A stretch of DNA of 22,990 nucleotides from Candidatus Bilamarchaeaceae archaeon. Its GTDB lineage: Archaea > Micrarchaeota > Micrarchaeia > Anstonellales > Bilamarchaeaceae. A model generated the notes under the pieces. That model made no database searches. It worked only from the letters and a program-made list of their open reading frames with translations, and was not told the DNA's origin. Shown here piece after piece: positions 9,538 through 18,543 of the stretch (position 1 is its first letter; each line of letters opens with the position of its first letter). The DNA lies in assembly GCA_038870635.1 (NCBI GenBank), contig JAVZJR010000007.1:1-22990 (forward strand). The letters run 5' to 3'. The position numbers and the translations under genes were made by a program.

Positions 9538-10044
9538 TTATTCATTACCAGATAGTTCTCTTATCCAAGCTCCTATAAAATGGGTTAATACTATAACAAT
9601 AACCGCAATTACGAGATGCTCGGCAATCACGTGTAATGTTTTTTGATGTGTCATTTTTGCCATTCTATAACTAAAAAAACAGAGTAGAAGCAGCCCCCAT
9701 GCACTTGCTATCAGGACTGCGTTTTGCAAACTTATTGTGTCCGATGCAAAAAGAAAAGGAATAGCGAAAGTCAATGCAAATAAAAATTTTGATATAAATG
9801 TAGATGCTGTTGCTTCCCATACCTCTTCTTTAGTGTGCACCCCTTCTGACTCTTCAGACATATGTATCCCAAAAGCGTCAGAGAACGCATCTGCTATGGC
9901 TATTATTAGTATGCCGCCTAAAACTGCGGTTTGCGAATTTGTAGTTGCCTCAAGACCAACAATTAAACCCAAAGTAGTTATAACAGCAGAAGTTAATCCA
10001 AAATTCAATCCAACTTCTCTAGAATGCATCCCCATTTTAAGCAC
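9538..10044 (-). CDS. VIT1/CCC1-family metal transporter-like membrane protein
   Basis: FGLTSAVITTLGLIVG and IADAFSDAFGIHMSEESE; about 5 hydrophobic segments. Confidence 0.8.
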   Translation of the reverse strand: MLKMGMHSREVGLNFGLTSAVITTLGLIVGLEATTNSQTAVLGGILIIAIADAFSDAFGIHMSEESEGVHTKEEVWEATASTFISKFLFALTFAIPFLFASDTISLQNAVLIASAWGLLLLCFFSYRMAKMTHQKTLHVIAEHLVIAVIVIVLTHFIGAWIRELSGNE

Positions 10045-10873
10045 CTATTAGTAATCTAAGCATGTCGCGTAAGCCAGGTGCAAGGCCCATTATTATAAGC
10101 ACTAAACAAATATAATTTTTCTCGTTCTCATCCATTTTTTCGTTTTTTATTGCCCATGCAGCGATAACAGAAATCGCTATTTTGACAAAATAAAACAAAA
10201 AATAGCTATCACCAACTATCCCTATCCATCTTGAAAAAACATGCTGTTCAAAATATGAGAGGGGAGCGAAAATTGGTGCTATTTCTATAGCAATAAAAGT
10301 CGCCGCACCATCAAGTGCATGCGCTCCGACTACAAAACTAAGCGTATTCTCTTTAAACAAAATTCTTGCCAACACCAAAGGTATCGCTGCCATTATTACA
10401 ATAGCGAATACTAAAAGGAAATATTTAGAAAATGGTAGAACCAAAAGAAAATGTGGGAGCCAGAGAATCATTCCAACTTTCCATAAATATTTTATTTTTC
10501 CAAATCTATTCAATAAGAATACGCTCGATAAAAAAAGAAATGCCGTGACTATGTATATGCCAGGCGTGACTGTAAGAAACCCATAATCATATATGTGGCT
10601 ATCTAAAATCAATTTATGGATTGGAGTAATTGAAGCAAAAACGCCAGTATCTATGCTGTCTGTTATCACTCTCATTGTGGAGCCTAAAAGCACAAAAGAA
10701 AGCGCACCAAAAATGAAATTGTTATCGATTTTTATTTTACTTTTTTGAAGTAAACCATAAATGATGTATATAGCCACGATTGCGATTATGGCATATGTAA
10801 TAGTGTTTACGATGTTGTACCCAGTTTTAGATATTATTGGGTCAACAAAATATTCATATATAAATTTTTCCAT
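10037..10873 (-). CDS. DUF63-family archaeal multi-pass membrane protein
   Basis: GYNIVNTITYA, RVITD, VTPGIY, AHALDGAAT, YFEQHV and MGLAPGLRDMLR motifs. Likely start MEKFIYEYF at 10873. Confidence 0.8.
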   Translation of the reverse strand: MEKFIYEYFVDPIISKTGYNIVNTITYAIIAIVAIYIIYGLLQKSKIKIDNNFIFGALSFVLLGSTMRVITDSIDTGVFASITPIHKLILDSHIYDYGFLTVTPGIYIVTAFLFLSSVFLLNRFGKIKYLWKVGMILWLPHFLLVLPFSKYFLLVFAIVIMAAIPLVLARILFKENTLSFVVGAHALDGAATFIAIEIAPIFAPLSYFEQHVFSRWIGIVGDSYFLFYFVKIAISVIAAWAIKNEKMDENEKNYICLVLIIMGLAPGLRDMLRLLIGA

Positions 10874-10885
10874 CGAATCAACTGC

Positions 10886-11188
10886 GTGAATATTAAGCAT
10901 AAAAGATTTATAAAACGAAGTAGTTTTGATTCTGTAAAAAAGCTTCTTGAAGAGGCTCGGTTAGCATTTGATAGTGGAAAGATTGAACGTGCTAATCGTT
11001 ATGTAAGGATGTGTTGGGAAATCGTAAAAAAGAATCGCGTTAGATTGCCAAAAGAATACAAAAACTCTTTTTGTAGAAAATGTCTTTCTTTATGGGTGCC
11101 TGGAAGTACTGCCATTGTTTATTTTGATAAGAAAAATGATTGTTTGCGCATAAGATGTCTTAAATGTGGTTTCTCCAAGCGTTTATAA
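10886..11188 (+). CDS. rnp4: Ribonuclease P protein component 4 (Rpp21/Rpr2)
   Basis: RANRYV, RVRLPKEYKNSFCRKC...PG...CLKCG zinc ribbon. Confidence 0.9.
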   Translation: MNIKHKRFIKRSSFDSVKKLLEEARLAFDSGKIERANRYVRMCWEIVKKNRVRLPKEYKNSFCRKCLSLWVPGSTAIVYFDKKNDCLRIRCLKCGFSKRL

Positions 11189-11716
11189 TCATTCTTCAAA
11201 GTTCTCGTAATTTAAATCGTTAAAAGCACAGGTTGGCGGATCCTGAGCGAATATTTTAGCTATCTCTTCATTCTCCACGAGAGCGTTATTTTTTGGCAAA
11301 AAAAGATAGTTTTTTCCTTGGAGTGAGAAGCCAGCATAATACGAGCTGCTCTTAGTTATGTATACCTTAGCGTTTTCTACTCCAAGGCTTCTTAAAAGAG
11401 CTACAAAAAGCAAGGCTTTGTTAGGGCTATCAGCAGCGCGGATTTCATCTATTTCTTCTGGTTTAAGCCAAAAAGTTAAGGAGAATTCGCATGTTTCTAT
11501 TGTTCTAAAATAACCAATTATCCTATTTATAGCTTCGAGCTGTCCTATCGTGGGCCATTCCGGAATTATTCTTTTTAGAAGATGGTTTAAAAAAGGCTTG
11601 TTAGGCTCTGTCATTTTTCTTATTTCTGTTATTGTTTTTGTTTCTTTTTCATTTATTAACTCTTTGTACCTGTTAAGCATTAGAAGATAAATAGCTGCTT
11701 TTTTTCTATCATCCAT
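11189..11716 (-). CDS. Hypothetical protein, transglutaminase-like fold without the catalytic Cys
   Basis: FWLKPEEIDEIRAADSPNKALLFVALLRSLG resembles the W-x-x-P-x-E...GDCEDxAxLhxSLLRxxG transglutaminase-like core. Confidence 0.55.
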   Translation of the reverse strand: MDDRKKAAIYLLMLNRYKELINEKETKTITEIRKMTEPNKPFLNHLLKRIIPEWPTIGQLEAINRIIGYFRTIETCEFSLTFWLKPEEIDEIRAADSPNKALLFVALLRSLGVENAKVYITKSSSYYAGFSLQGKNYLFLPKNNALVENEEIAKIFAQDPPTCAFNDLNYENFEE

Positions 11717-11741
11717 ATGCTATTTATTTTACTCTTTGTAT

Positions 11742-12314
11742 TTATAATAGTTTTGCAATTTCATTTCGTATTTTCTCGTTTATTTCTTCGGGTGAGAGGG
11801 AAGCATCCAAAACAACCCATTTTTTAGCGTGAAATTTTTCATTCGCCAATTTTATAAATTTCTCCCGCACTTTCTTTAAATAATCACTATCTGATTCATA
11901 CCTGTCAGGTTGTTTTTGTTTGTATTTTCTTTTTTGTGCCTCTTTTTCATCTATATCAAAAAGAATGACAAGGTCTGGCTGAACGTAATCTATTTCATTT
12001 ACTATTTTTTTTGATTTTTCATAGCCCAGCTCGTCAAGTTCATAGGCAATTGTTGAGTATACGTAGCGATCAACAACAACTAACTTCGAACTTTTTTTAG
12101 CATTCTCAAGTTTTTTTTGCTCATTGGCTATGTCAGATAAAAAAAGGAGAAAAGATGCTTTTTTTTCTAACGATATTTTTTTGTCAAGATAATCACGCAA
12201 TATTTGATAATTTTTTGTAGGGTACTTAAAATATTCAAATGATAGATATTTCCTTAGTAGTTCTATTTGAGTATCCTTTCCACTCCCATCTATGCCTTCA
12301 AAAACCACAATCAT
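11742..12314 (-). CDS. tmk: Thymidylate kinase (dTMP kinase)
   Basis: IVVFEGIDGSGKDTQ P-loop, VVVDRYVYSTIAY and PDLVILFDI. Start 12314 (MIVVF) or 12335. Confidence 0.92.
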   Translation of the reverse strand: MIVVFEGIDGSGKDTQIELLRKYLSFEYFKYPTKNYQILRDYLDKKISLEKKASFLLFLSDIANEQKKLENAKKSSKLVVVDRYVYSTIAYELDELGYEKSKKIVNEIDYVQPDLVILFDIDEKEAQKRKYKQKQPDRYESDSDYLKKVREKFIKLANEKFHAKKWVVLDASLSPEEINEKIRNEIAKLL

Positions 12315-12315
12315 C

Positions 12316-12819
12316 TTATCCCTGTTTTGTACCAATGCTGCAGCTACCTAACACATATGTATCGCCGATACCTACCATTGCCGCGCGCGTGTAGTATTCC
12401 GTTTGATTCCCTTCATTGATATATATAGATATGCCCTCTGAATTTATCATTTTTATACATTCATTTGGGTTTAGTGTTTTGTTTGTTAAATTTAAAAGTG
12501 ATGCAACTACGCATTTATTATTGCGATCCATACCAACATAGACAACATTTCTTCCTACAAGACCGCTGCTGCCAGCAAAATCAATACCACATTGAAATAT
12601 ATTTCTGTTAACTAATTCTGAGCTTGCATTTCTTGCATCCATCACGATGTATATCTTTTTTGATTCTGCAAGTAAGTCCAAAAAAGTTTCTTTATTTATT
12701 TTTTTTCCTTTATCAAATTCTACTCTTTCTTTTTTTTCGTCCATTACAAAAAAAATTGCCCCGGCTAATAACACGATCAATATAACGATCAATAACATTG
12801 TTTTGTTGGCATCGAACAT
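12316..12819 (-). CDS. Hypothetical membrane-anchored protein with a 4-Cys domain
   Basis: One N-terminal TM helix (LLIVILIVLLAGAIFFV), four Cys, sequons NAS, NLT, NKT and NQT; SD-like AGGTGG upstream. Confidence 0.75.
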   Translation of the reverse strand: MFDANKTMLLIVILIVLLAGAIFFVMDEKKERVEFDKGKKINKETFLDLLAESKKIYIVMDARNASSELVNRNIFQCGIDFAGSSGLVGRNVVYVGMDRNNKCVVASLLNLTNKTLNPNECIKMINSEGISIYINEGNQTEYYTRAAMVGIGDTYVLGSCSIGTKQG

Positions 12820-12850
12820 TCTTCCACCTTGGTTAAAGAAAAGTAAAAAA

Positions 12851-14938
12851 TTATTTAAGCATTTCTGCTATTGGACAGACTTCGTAATAAGCGACAGGTT
12901 CTTTTATTTTTGCGTTTACAGAAAATGCAGTTGAGAATGTTGAATCCCCGTAGTTTGCAGAAGGTGTGAATTCTATTACCGCGTCATAGAGCTTAAGCTC
13001 AGCGCAATCTATTGTCTTGTTATTTTTAAGACAGGATGACGCATCGTTTTTATCTATTAAGTCAATTGTTTTGTTTTTTTCTTTTAATGTTTGGATTAGT
13101 TTTTCTGCGCACGTACTCATAGCTTTTGTTTCAGTTGCTGAAGCAAGTTGATTGTCTATAACCACTGCTACTGTTTTCTGGTTATTAAATTCATCATAAA
13201 ATTCATTGAATGTTGCATCCGCGGAAGTTTCGTCCATAAGGAAAAATAAAGCACCTGCGGCAGATGCCAATCCGGCCACTGAAATTAAAAACAAGCCTAA
13301 GAAAACATAGACTATCTTTTTTGAGCTATTCAATTTAAGCAATGTTAAGAATACCAAAAAGACCATTGCTAGGATAGAGAAAAATAATAGTAAGACAAAT
13401 CCAGTAAGAAAAGTACTTTTATTTTCAACAAGTCCTGAAGGTGTCGCAACGTTTGTAGTAGTGGTGGCGTATGCAAGCCATGAGTTTGCCTTTATTGCAA
13501 AATTTCTCATTGGAGTGGTGGTGGTTGTTAACGGAGATGCTTCTATATTTTCCACCATTTGCGCCGTAGCATTTGCTAATATGCGGTATTTTTCTTTTAA
13601 TTCATTTGCTTTGTCAGTACTGATTCCTGGAGCCATCTCTTTATCTAATTTTTGTAATTCATTCTTATAGTCTTCATATTTTTTCTGGTCGTCTCCTGAT
13701 AAATCGTGGCTACCAATTTTGAATATATTTGCTATACTCTGTTTTTTTGCTTCTCCTATTTCATTATAAAGTGAATAGATCTCAGCAGTTTTGTTTTCTA
13801 AAGATGTTAAAACTTTTTCGTACTGTGCTATCTCATCATCTAAACCTGTAAAATTAGCTGAATCTATTTTGCTTCTTATACTTTCACGCAGCGCTATTGC
13901 CTCTTCTTTTTTTATGTTTAGATTGGTATTAGCTATTAATAGATATGCTTGGGCGGCTTCATTCTCTATTAATTTGCCTTTTTTCTCGAGTGGCTCAAAA
14001 ATTTGATTGTATTTCTCTGCTGTTTTTTTGTTTTCATAAAAAGTTACTCTTTCTTCTGTGTTTTTTAAGATTTTCTGAACTGTTGAGTTAAGATTAGCAA
14101 GAGGTTGAACTTTTGTATATAAAGCGTCTACTCTATCTTTAAGCTTCATTAAGCTTCCTTCTTGGTCTAAGTCTAGTGGGGGGCATATGGCGTAACATTT
14201 GTTTTTGCAAGCAAGTTTGTCAGCACTATCATTTATTTTTGGATATCTAAAAATACTGCTTTCTATTTTATCTGCATAATTCTTTAGTACAGGTATTGTA
14301 CTTTTCATATATGCTAAAGTATCAACTACATTGTCTTTCGTTAAATTTTCTAAGCGCTTGTTATAATTCATTATTATTTCATCTGTTCCATAACTCGAAT
14401 AAGAAAAATCTTTTAGTGGTTGTATGAGTATTTCATAACTGGACCAATGAAATTGTTCATGACCATATGAATAAAGTAGCATTGCGTTAATTTTGCAGCT
14501 TTCATCATCATGGCACCATAACTTTTGGGGCGTGTTGTTTATGTATATTTCTATTTTTTTGTCAGTAAAAAGAGCCTGTCTGCATGCATATTCTTCTTGG
14601 TTTTTGTATGTTCCATATCCGTCATTTCTACTCTTATCATAAGTCGCGATAAGCTCTTTTATTTGTGAGATGTCTGAATCAGAAGGATAGAACTCTTTTT
14701 TGTAATACCACTCTAATACTTCTTCTATTTCTTCTTTGTTCCTTAAAATCTCACCTTTTTTTAGAAGGAATGTTTCAGAGTTATTTATATAAACTATCGA
14801 ATAATCATCGCTAGCTCTCGTAAAATTCTTATAAATTACTGAATTTGTATCCTCACCGTTATAAAAATAATCAGATACGGAAAATGAGAACACAAACCCA
14901 ATAAGAACTAAAAACATAAGCAACGAATACGGTCGCAT
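12851..14938 (-). CDS. Large hypothetical surface glycoprotein (signal peptide, Cys-containing and coiled-coil ectodomain, 2 TM helices, C-terminal 4-Cys domain)
   Basis: N-terminal MRPYSLLMFLVLIGFVFS, many NxS/T sequons, a heptad-rich middle region, and two long hydrophobic helices at about aa 510-568. Confidence 0.8.
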   Translation of the reverse strand: MRPYSLLMFLVLIGFVFSFSVSDYFYNGEDTNSVIYKNFTRASDDYSIVYINNSETFLLKKGEILRNKEEIEEVLEWYYKKEFYPSDSDISQIKELIATYDKSRNDGYGTYKNQEEYACRQALFTDKKIEIYINNTPQKLWCHDDESCKINAMLLYSYGHEQFHWSSYEILIQPLKDFSYSSYGTDEIIMNYNKRLENLTKDNVVDTLAYMKSTIPVLKNYADKIESSIFRYPKINDSADKLACKNKCYAICPPLDLDQEGSLMKLKDRVDALYTKVQPLANLNSTVQKILKNTEERVTFYENKKTAEKYNQIFEPLEKKGKLIENEAAQAYLLIANTNLNIKKEEAIALRESIRSKIDSANFTGLDDEIAQYEKVLTSLENKTAEIYSLYNEIGEAKKQSIANIFKIGSHDLSGDDQKKYEDYKNELQKLDKEMAPGISTDKANELKEKYRILANATAQMVENIEASPLTTTTTPMRNFAIKANSWLAYATTTTNVATPSGLVENKSTFLTGFVLLLFFSILAMVFLVFLTLLKLNSSKKIVYVFLGLFLISVAGLASAAGALFFLMDETSADATFNEFYDEFNNQKTVAVVIDNQLASATETKAMSTCAEKLIQTLKEKNKTIDLIDKNDASSCLKNNKTIDCAELKLYDAVIEFTPSANYGDSTFSTAFSVNAKIKEPVAYYEVCPIAEMLK

Positions 14939-14991
14939 GCTACTTTTATGGTTAAATTACTATTTAAATGTTATGTTTTTAATAATCAAAC
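14939..14991. promoter_or_regulatory. Compact divergent promoter region
   Basis: 53-bp spacer between divergent ATGs, with a central TATTTAAATG TATA-like element roughly equidistant from both starts. Confidence 0.45.
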
Positions 14992-16719
14992 ATGGAGTTC
15001 GACGATTTACTTATTACAACGGGCGTTGATGCTCTAGTAAAGCTCGTAAAACAAAAAGGACGAATAGAGTTAAGCGAGTGTGCAACATCTCTTAACATTC
15101 AACCAGATACTTTAGAAGAATGGGCAAGAATACTGGAAGAGGAAGGAATAATAAAAGTGGAGTACAAACTAACAAAAGTATATCTTGTTTGGGTTCAACC
15201 TACAGAAGAACAAATAAAAGAAGAAAGTGAAACAATCGAAGCCGAACGACTCAAACTTCTAAAAGAATTAGAGAAAACAAAGAGCGAAATTCCATTAGAA
15301 TTAAAAAAAATGGATGATTTACGTGATTCTTTTAAAGAAGTGTACTCTAAATTTTCTGCTGATATAAAAAAATTGGAAGAAAAAGTTTCACCTTTTTTGT
15401 CCCTAAAAGAATCTATTGAAAAAAGGAGAAATGAAAACGAGGACAAGTTTAAAAATCTGCAAAACAATTTAACAGATATTGCCTCCAACTTGGAAACAAT
15501 TTCAAAGGAACTAAGAGAAGTAGAGAGTAGTGTTGAAAAAAGTAAAAGCGAGGAATTGTTTACGAAGATAAAGAAAAAACAAGATGAAATTTACCAAATG
15601 ATGAGTGAGCTAAAGGAACTTCGAAGGTCTATTGATGTTAACAAAGCAGTTAAAGCCGAGCTACCATCTGCGTATGAGTTAAAAAAGAAATTTGATGCAA
15701 TTTCAAAAGATTTTGCAGATTTAAAAAACCGTAATTCTGCTTTGCGCGAGGACCTAATTAGTTTAAAGGAAGGAAAGGAGATTGTGGATAATGTTGGTGG
15801 CGCATTGAAAGATTACGAGAAAACAACTGCTCAGTTGCAGAAGGAATTATCTGAATTAACAAAAGAAGCAGATGCATTATTCGAGCGAGTAAAAACTATA
15901 GATGAAAAAGTGCGCGAGAGCTTCGATACAATAAATAGGTTCTCTGATTCTCTGAATGTGGCCAAAGGAATAGTTTCAAGATTTCCAAATCAGGAAAAGC
16001 TTCATGTTGAACAAGAGAGCATTCTAAAGAAAGAGATTGAAATAGAACAAAAAATTGATGCGCTTAAAAAGATAGTTGAATTGGCCGGCGGTGCTCAGAT
16101 TTCTGCTCAGGAAGCACATGACCTAGCGGAGAAAATAGAAGCTAAAATAAATGAGCTCAAAGAAGAATCTATTGTTCTTTCTCAATCTCTAGAAGAAGAA
16201 AAAAATCGTTATTTTACATTTCAACAAGTAAGAGAAAGAGTACTGCCCGCTCTTCGTTCTTACCAAAACGAGATTATTAAACTCAAAGGAGAGTTAGAAA
16301 AGATTAAAGATTCTTTAGATTTTGAAAGCGAAAATTTTGAAAAACAAATTAATAATATAGAAACAAAAATTGGAAAAGAAGAATTAGCAGAACTTTTCAA
16401 AATTACTAAAGAAATCGAAGATAAGAAAAAATTATTAGTTCAAATAGAGAATAATTTTGAAGAATTAAGTGAAAGAGCAGATAATCTAAACAAACGTCTT
16501 TCTCTTTTAACTAATCAAGCAAAGATTTTAGCAGTGCGCGCTGCGCCACCTCAAGAAGAAGCTAAAAAAGAAGAAAAAAGAGGGGAAGAGACAGTCGATT
16601 ATTTCAAAAGAGAACTTCAGTTAACAAAAGAGGAGGAAAGAGAGTTTGCAAAAAAGCGCGAAGAACTTAAAAAACTTATAGAAAAATTGTGGGAAGAGGA
16701 AAAACCTAAAAAGAAATAG
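14992..16719 (+). CDS. Hypothetical protein: N-terminal winged-HTH-like domain plus ~500-aa coiled coil
   Basis: TGVDALVKLVKQKGRIELSECATSLNIQPDTLEEWARILEEEGIIKVEY follows a wHTH pattern; E/K/L-rich heptads run to the C-terminus; no Walker A motif. Confidence 0.75.
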   Translation: MEFDDLLITTGVDALVKLVKQKGRIELSECATSLNIQPDTLEEWARILEEEGIIKVEYKLTKVYLVWVQPTEEQIKEESETIEAERLKLLKELEKTKSEIPLELKKMDDLRDSFKEVYSKFSADIKKLEEKVSPFLSLKESIEKRRNENEDKFKNLQNNLTDIASNLETISKELREVESSVEKSKSEELFTKIKKKQDEIYQMMSELKELRRSIDVNKAVKAELPSAYELKKKFDAISKDFADLKNRNSALREDLISLKEGKEIVDNVGGALKDYEKTTAQLQKELSELTKEADALFERVKTIDEKVRESFDTINRFSDSLNVAKGIVSRFPNQEKLHVEQESILKKEIEIEQKIDALKKIVELAGGAQISAQEAHDLAEKIEAKINELKEESIVLSQSLEEEKNRYFTFQQVRERVLPALRSYQNEIIKLKGELEKIKDSLDFESENFEKQINNIETKIGKEELAELFKITKEIEDKKKLLVQIENNFEELSERADNLNKRLSLLTNQAKILAVRAAPPQEEAKKEEKRGEETVDYFKRELQLTKEEEREFAKKREELKKLIEKLWEEEKPKKK

Positions 16720-16734
16720 TTCTTGAGTGATCCT

Positions 16735-17724
16735 ATGAATTTTTTAGAGCTATGTAAAGATGACTTAAGAGATGTAGAAAAAGAAATGATGTTATTAGTA
16801 GAAAAAAGAGAAAAGCGCACTTTTGGTATTATTCCTTCTTTTCTAGAACGAGGTGGCAAAAGAATGCGCCCTCTTCTTTTACTTCTTTTTTTTCACGCCT
16901 TTAACGGTAAGGACCTAAAAAATGCTAAGAGAATGGCCGCTTTAATAGAAATGTTTCATAATTTTACTCTGATTCACGATGATATAGAAGATAATTCTCG
17001 GTATAGAAGAGGCAAACCAACATTACATATTGAATATGGCATTCCGATGGCGCTTAATAGTGGTGATGCATTGTACACTCTTGTTTTAAAAGAGATAAGT
17101 GAATTAGATATGGAACCATCTCGGGTTGTTAGTCTGATGCGCCTTTGTTCTAATGCTTTTCTTCAAGTAGTAGAAGGACAAGGAATTGAAATATCGTGGG
17201 AGCAAGAAAACAGTTTCGAAATAAAAGAAAAAGACTATTATCATATGATATCAAAAAAAACTGGTGCTTTAATTGCTCTTTCTTGCGAGGTAGGTGCGTA
17301 TCTTGCTGGTGCAACCGAGGAAGAACAGCAAGTTGCAAGGAAATTTGGTGAAAATATCGGTGTTGCTTTTCAGATTTGCGACGATATTTTAAATTTAACT
17401 GCGCAGTTTGAGAAATATAAAAAAGAAATAGGCGGGGATATAACTGAGGGAAAGAGAACGCTGATGGTAATAAAAACACTTGAAATAGCCGATGAAAAGG
17501 ATAGAGAAGTATTAAAAGAGATTATTTCAAGTCGTACAACAAATCAAAAAAGAATAGAGGAAGCAATAAGTATAATAAAAAAGTACGGGGCATTGGAATA
17601 TGCTGCTGAAAAAGCCCGTTTGCTTGTCGAACAAGCACAACAACTTTTGATTATTTTAAAGCCCTCTCCTTATAAAACAGCTCTTCTTCAAATTGCAGAT
17701 TATGTTTTAACAAGGGAAAATTAG
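16735..17724 (+). CDS. idsA: Polyprenyl diphosphate synthase, probably geranylgeranyl diphosphate synthase
   Basis: GGKRMRP, first Asp-rich motif HNFTLIHDDIED..RRG with Phe five residues upstream (short-chain type), GQ, KKTGAL, AFQICDD and GDITEGKRT. ATG 16735 follows SD-like GAGTGA. Confidence 0.9.
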   Translation: MNFLELCKDDLRDVEKEMMLLVEKREKRTFGIIPSFLERGGKRMRPLLLLLFFHAFNGKDLKNAKRMAALIEMFHNFTLIHDDIEDNSRYRRGKPTLHIEYGIPMALNSGDALYTLVLKEISELDMEPSRVVSLMRLCSNAFLQVVEGQGIEISWEQENSFEIKEKDYYHMISKKTGALIALSCEVGAYLAGATEEEQQVARKFGENIGVAFQICDDILNLTAQFEKYKKEIGGDITEGKRTLMVIKTLEIADEKDREVLKEIISSRTTNQKRIEEAISIIKKYGALEYAAEKARLLVEQAQQLLIILKPSPYKTALLQIADYVLTREN

Positions 17725-17792
17725 TTTTGTTTATGAGAAAGAAAGTAATAGATTTTTAAAACATCCATTTTATTTTTTTATTGTGGTCATCT

Positions 17793-18524
17793 ATGCCAAA
17801 TAATTTTTTTATTACAGGTTTGCCAAAAAGTGGGAAGACTACACTTCTTATGAAATTAATTGATGAACTTAAAAAACAAGGAAAAAAAGTCGGAGGTTTT
17901 CTTACTCCTGAGCAAAAAGAACATGGAAGCCGGGAAGGTTTTTTAGTTAAAGATATAGAAACAGGAAAGAGCGCTGTTCTTGCTGTGTTGGGTGGAAGCG
18001 GCCCAAAAGTTGGAAAATACGGCGTAAACATAAAAGATTTTGAAGGCATAGCCCTTCTTTCTATGAAAAAAGTTGATAAGTATGATGTTTTTGTAATAGA
18101 CGAAATTGGTAAAATGGAGATGAAAAGTAAAAAATTTGTGGAAATGTTGGATAAAGTATTTGAATCGAAAACCCCAGTTATTGCTTCAATCGGGGAAGAT
18201 TTTTTAACCGCATATGCACATCAAGGAGAGATATTTGTGCTAACACCAACTAATCGTGAAGGTGTCTTTCTGGAAATCTTACATAAAACCTCAAAAATTC
18301 CTCTTGAGAAAGTAAGCAGTGTTTCGGTAGCTACGATAGAACAAGAAAACATAAAGACAACAAAAAAAACTCAAGAAAAGGCATCACAAAAAAATAAAAA
18401 AATCAATAAAAAAGAAATTCATAGAGAAAAGAAACCTGCAAAAAACGAAGAGAAAGCTAAATCTTCTAAAAAAGAGGAAGACAAAAGTTTCTTATCTAAA
18501 TTAAAGAGACTCATAGGGTTTTAG
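17793..18524 (+). CDS. THEP1-family nucleoside triphosphatase with a Lys-rich C-terminal extension
   Basis: ITGLPKSGKTTL Walker A, VGGFLTPE, REGF, VGKYGV and VIDEIGKME Walker B; extra ~75-aa tail ending SFLSKLKRLIGF. Confidence 0.88.
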   Translation: MPNNFFITGLPKSGKTTLLMKLIDELKKQGKKVGGFLTPEQKEHGSREGFLVKDIETGKSAVLAVLGGSGPKVGKYGVNIKDFEGIALLSMKKVDKYDVFVIDEIGKMEMKSKKFVEMLDKVFESKTPVIASIGEDFLTAYAHQGEIFVLTPTNREGVFLEILHKTSKIPLEKVSSVSVATIEQENIKTTKKTQEKASQKNKKINKKEIHREKKPAKNEEKAKSSKKEEDKSFLSKLKRLIGF

Positions 18525-18543
18525 TTTTTATTTCAGTACCACT

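Noticed and set aside
14992..16719. SMC/Rad50 chromosome segregation ATPase
   Set aside because: No Walker A/B, signature motif, hinge or zinc hook; only generic coiled-coil similarity.
17370..17400. Second Asp-rich motif DDILN of the prenyl synthase as a sign of inactivation
   Set aside because: All other catalytic motifs are intact, and a D-to-N change at the last position alone is not enough evidence of lost function.
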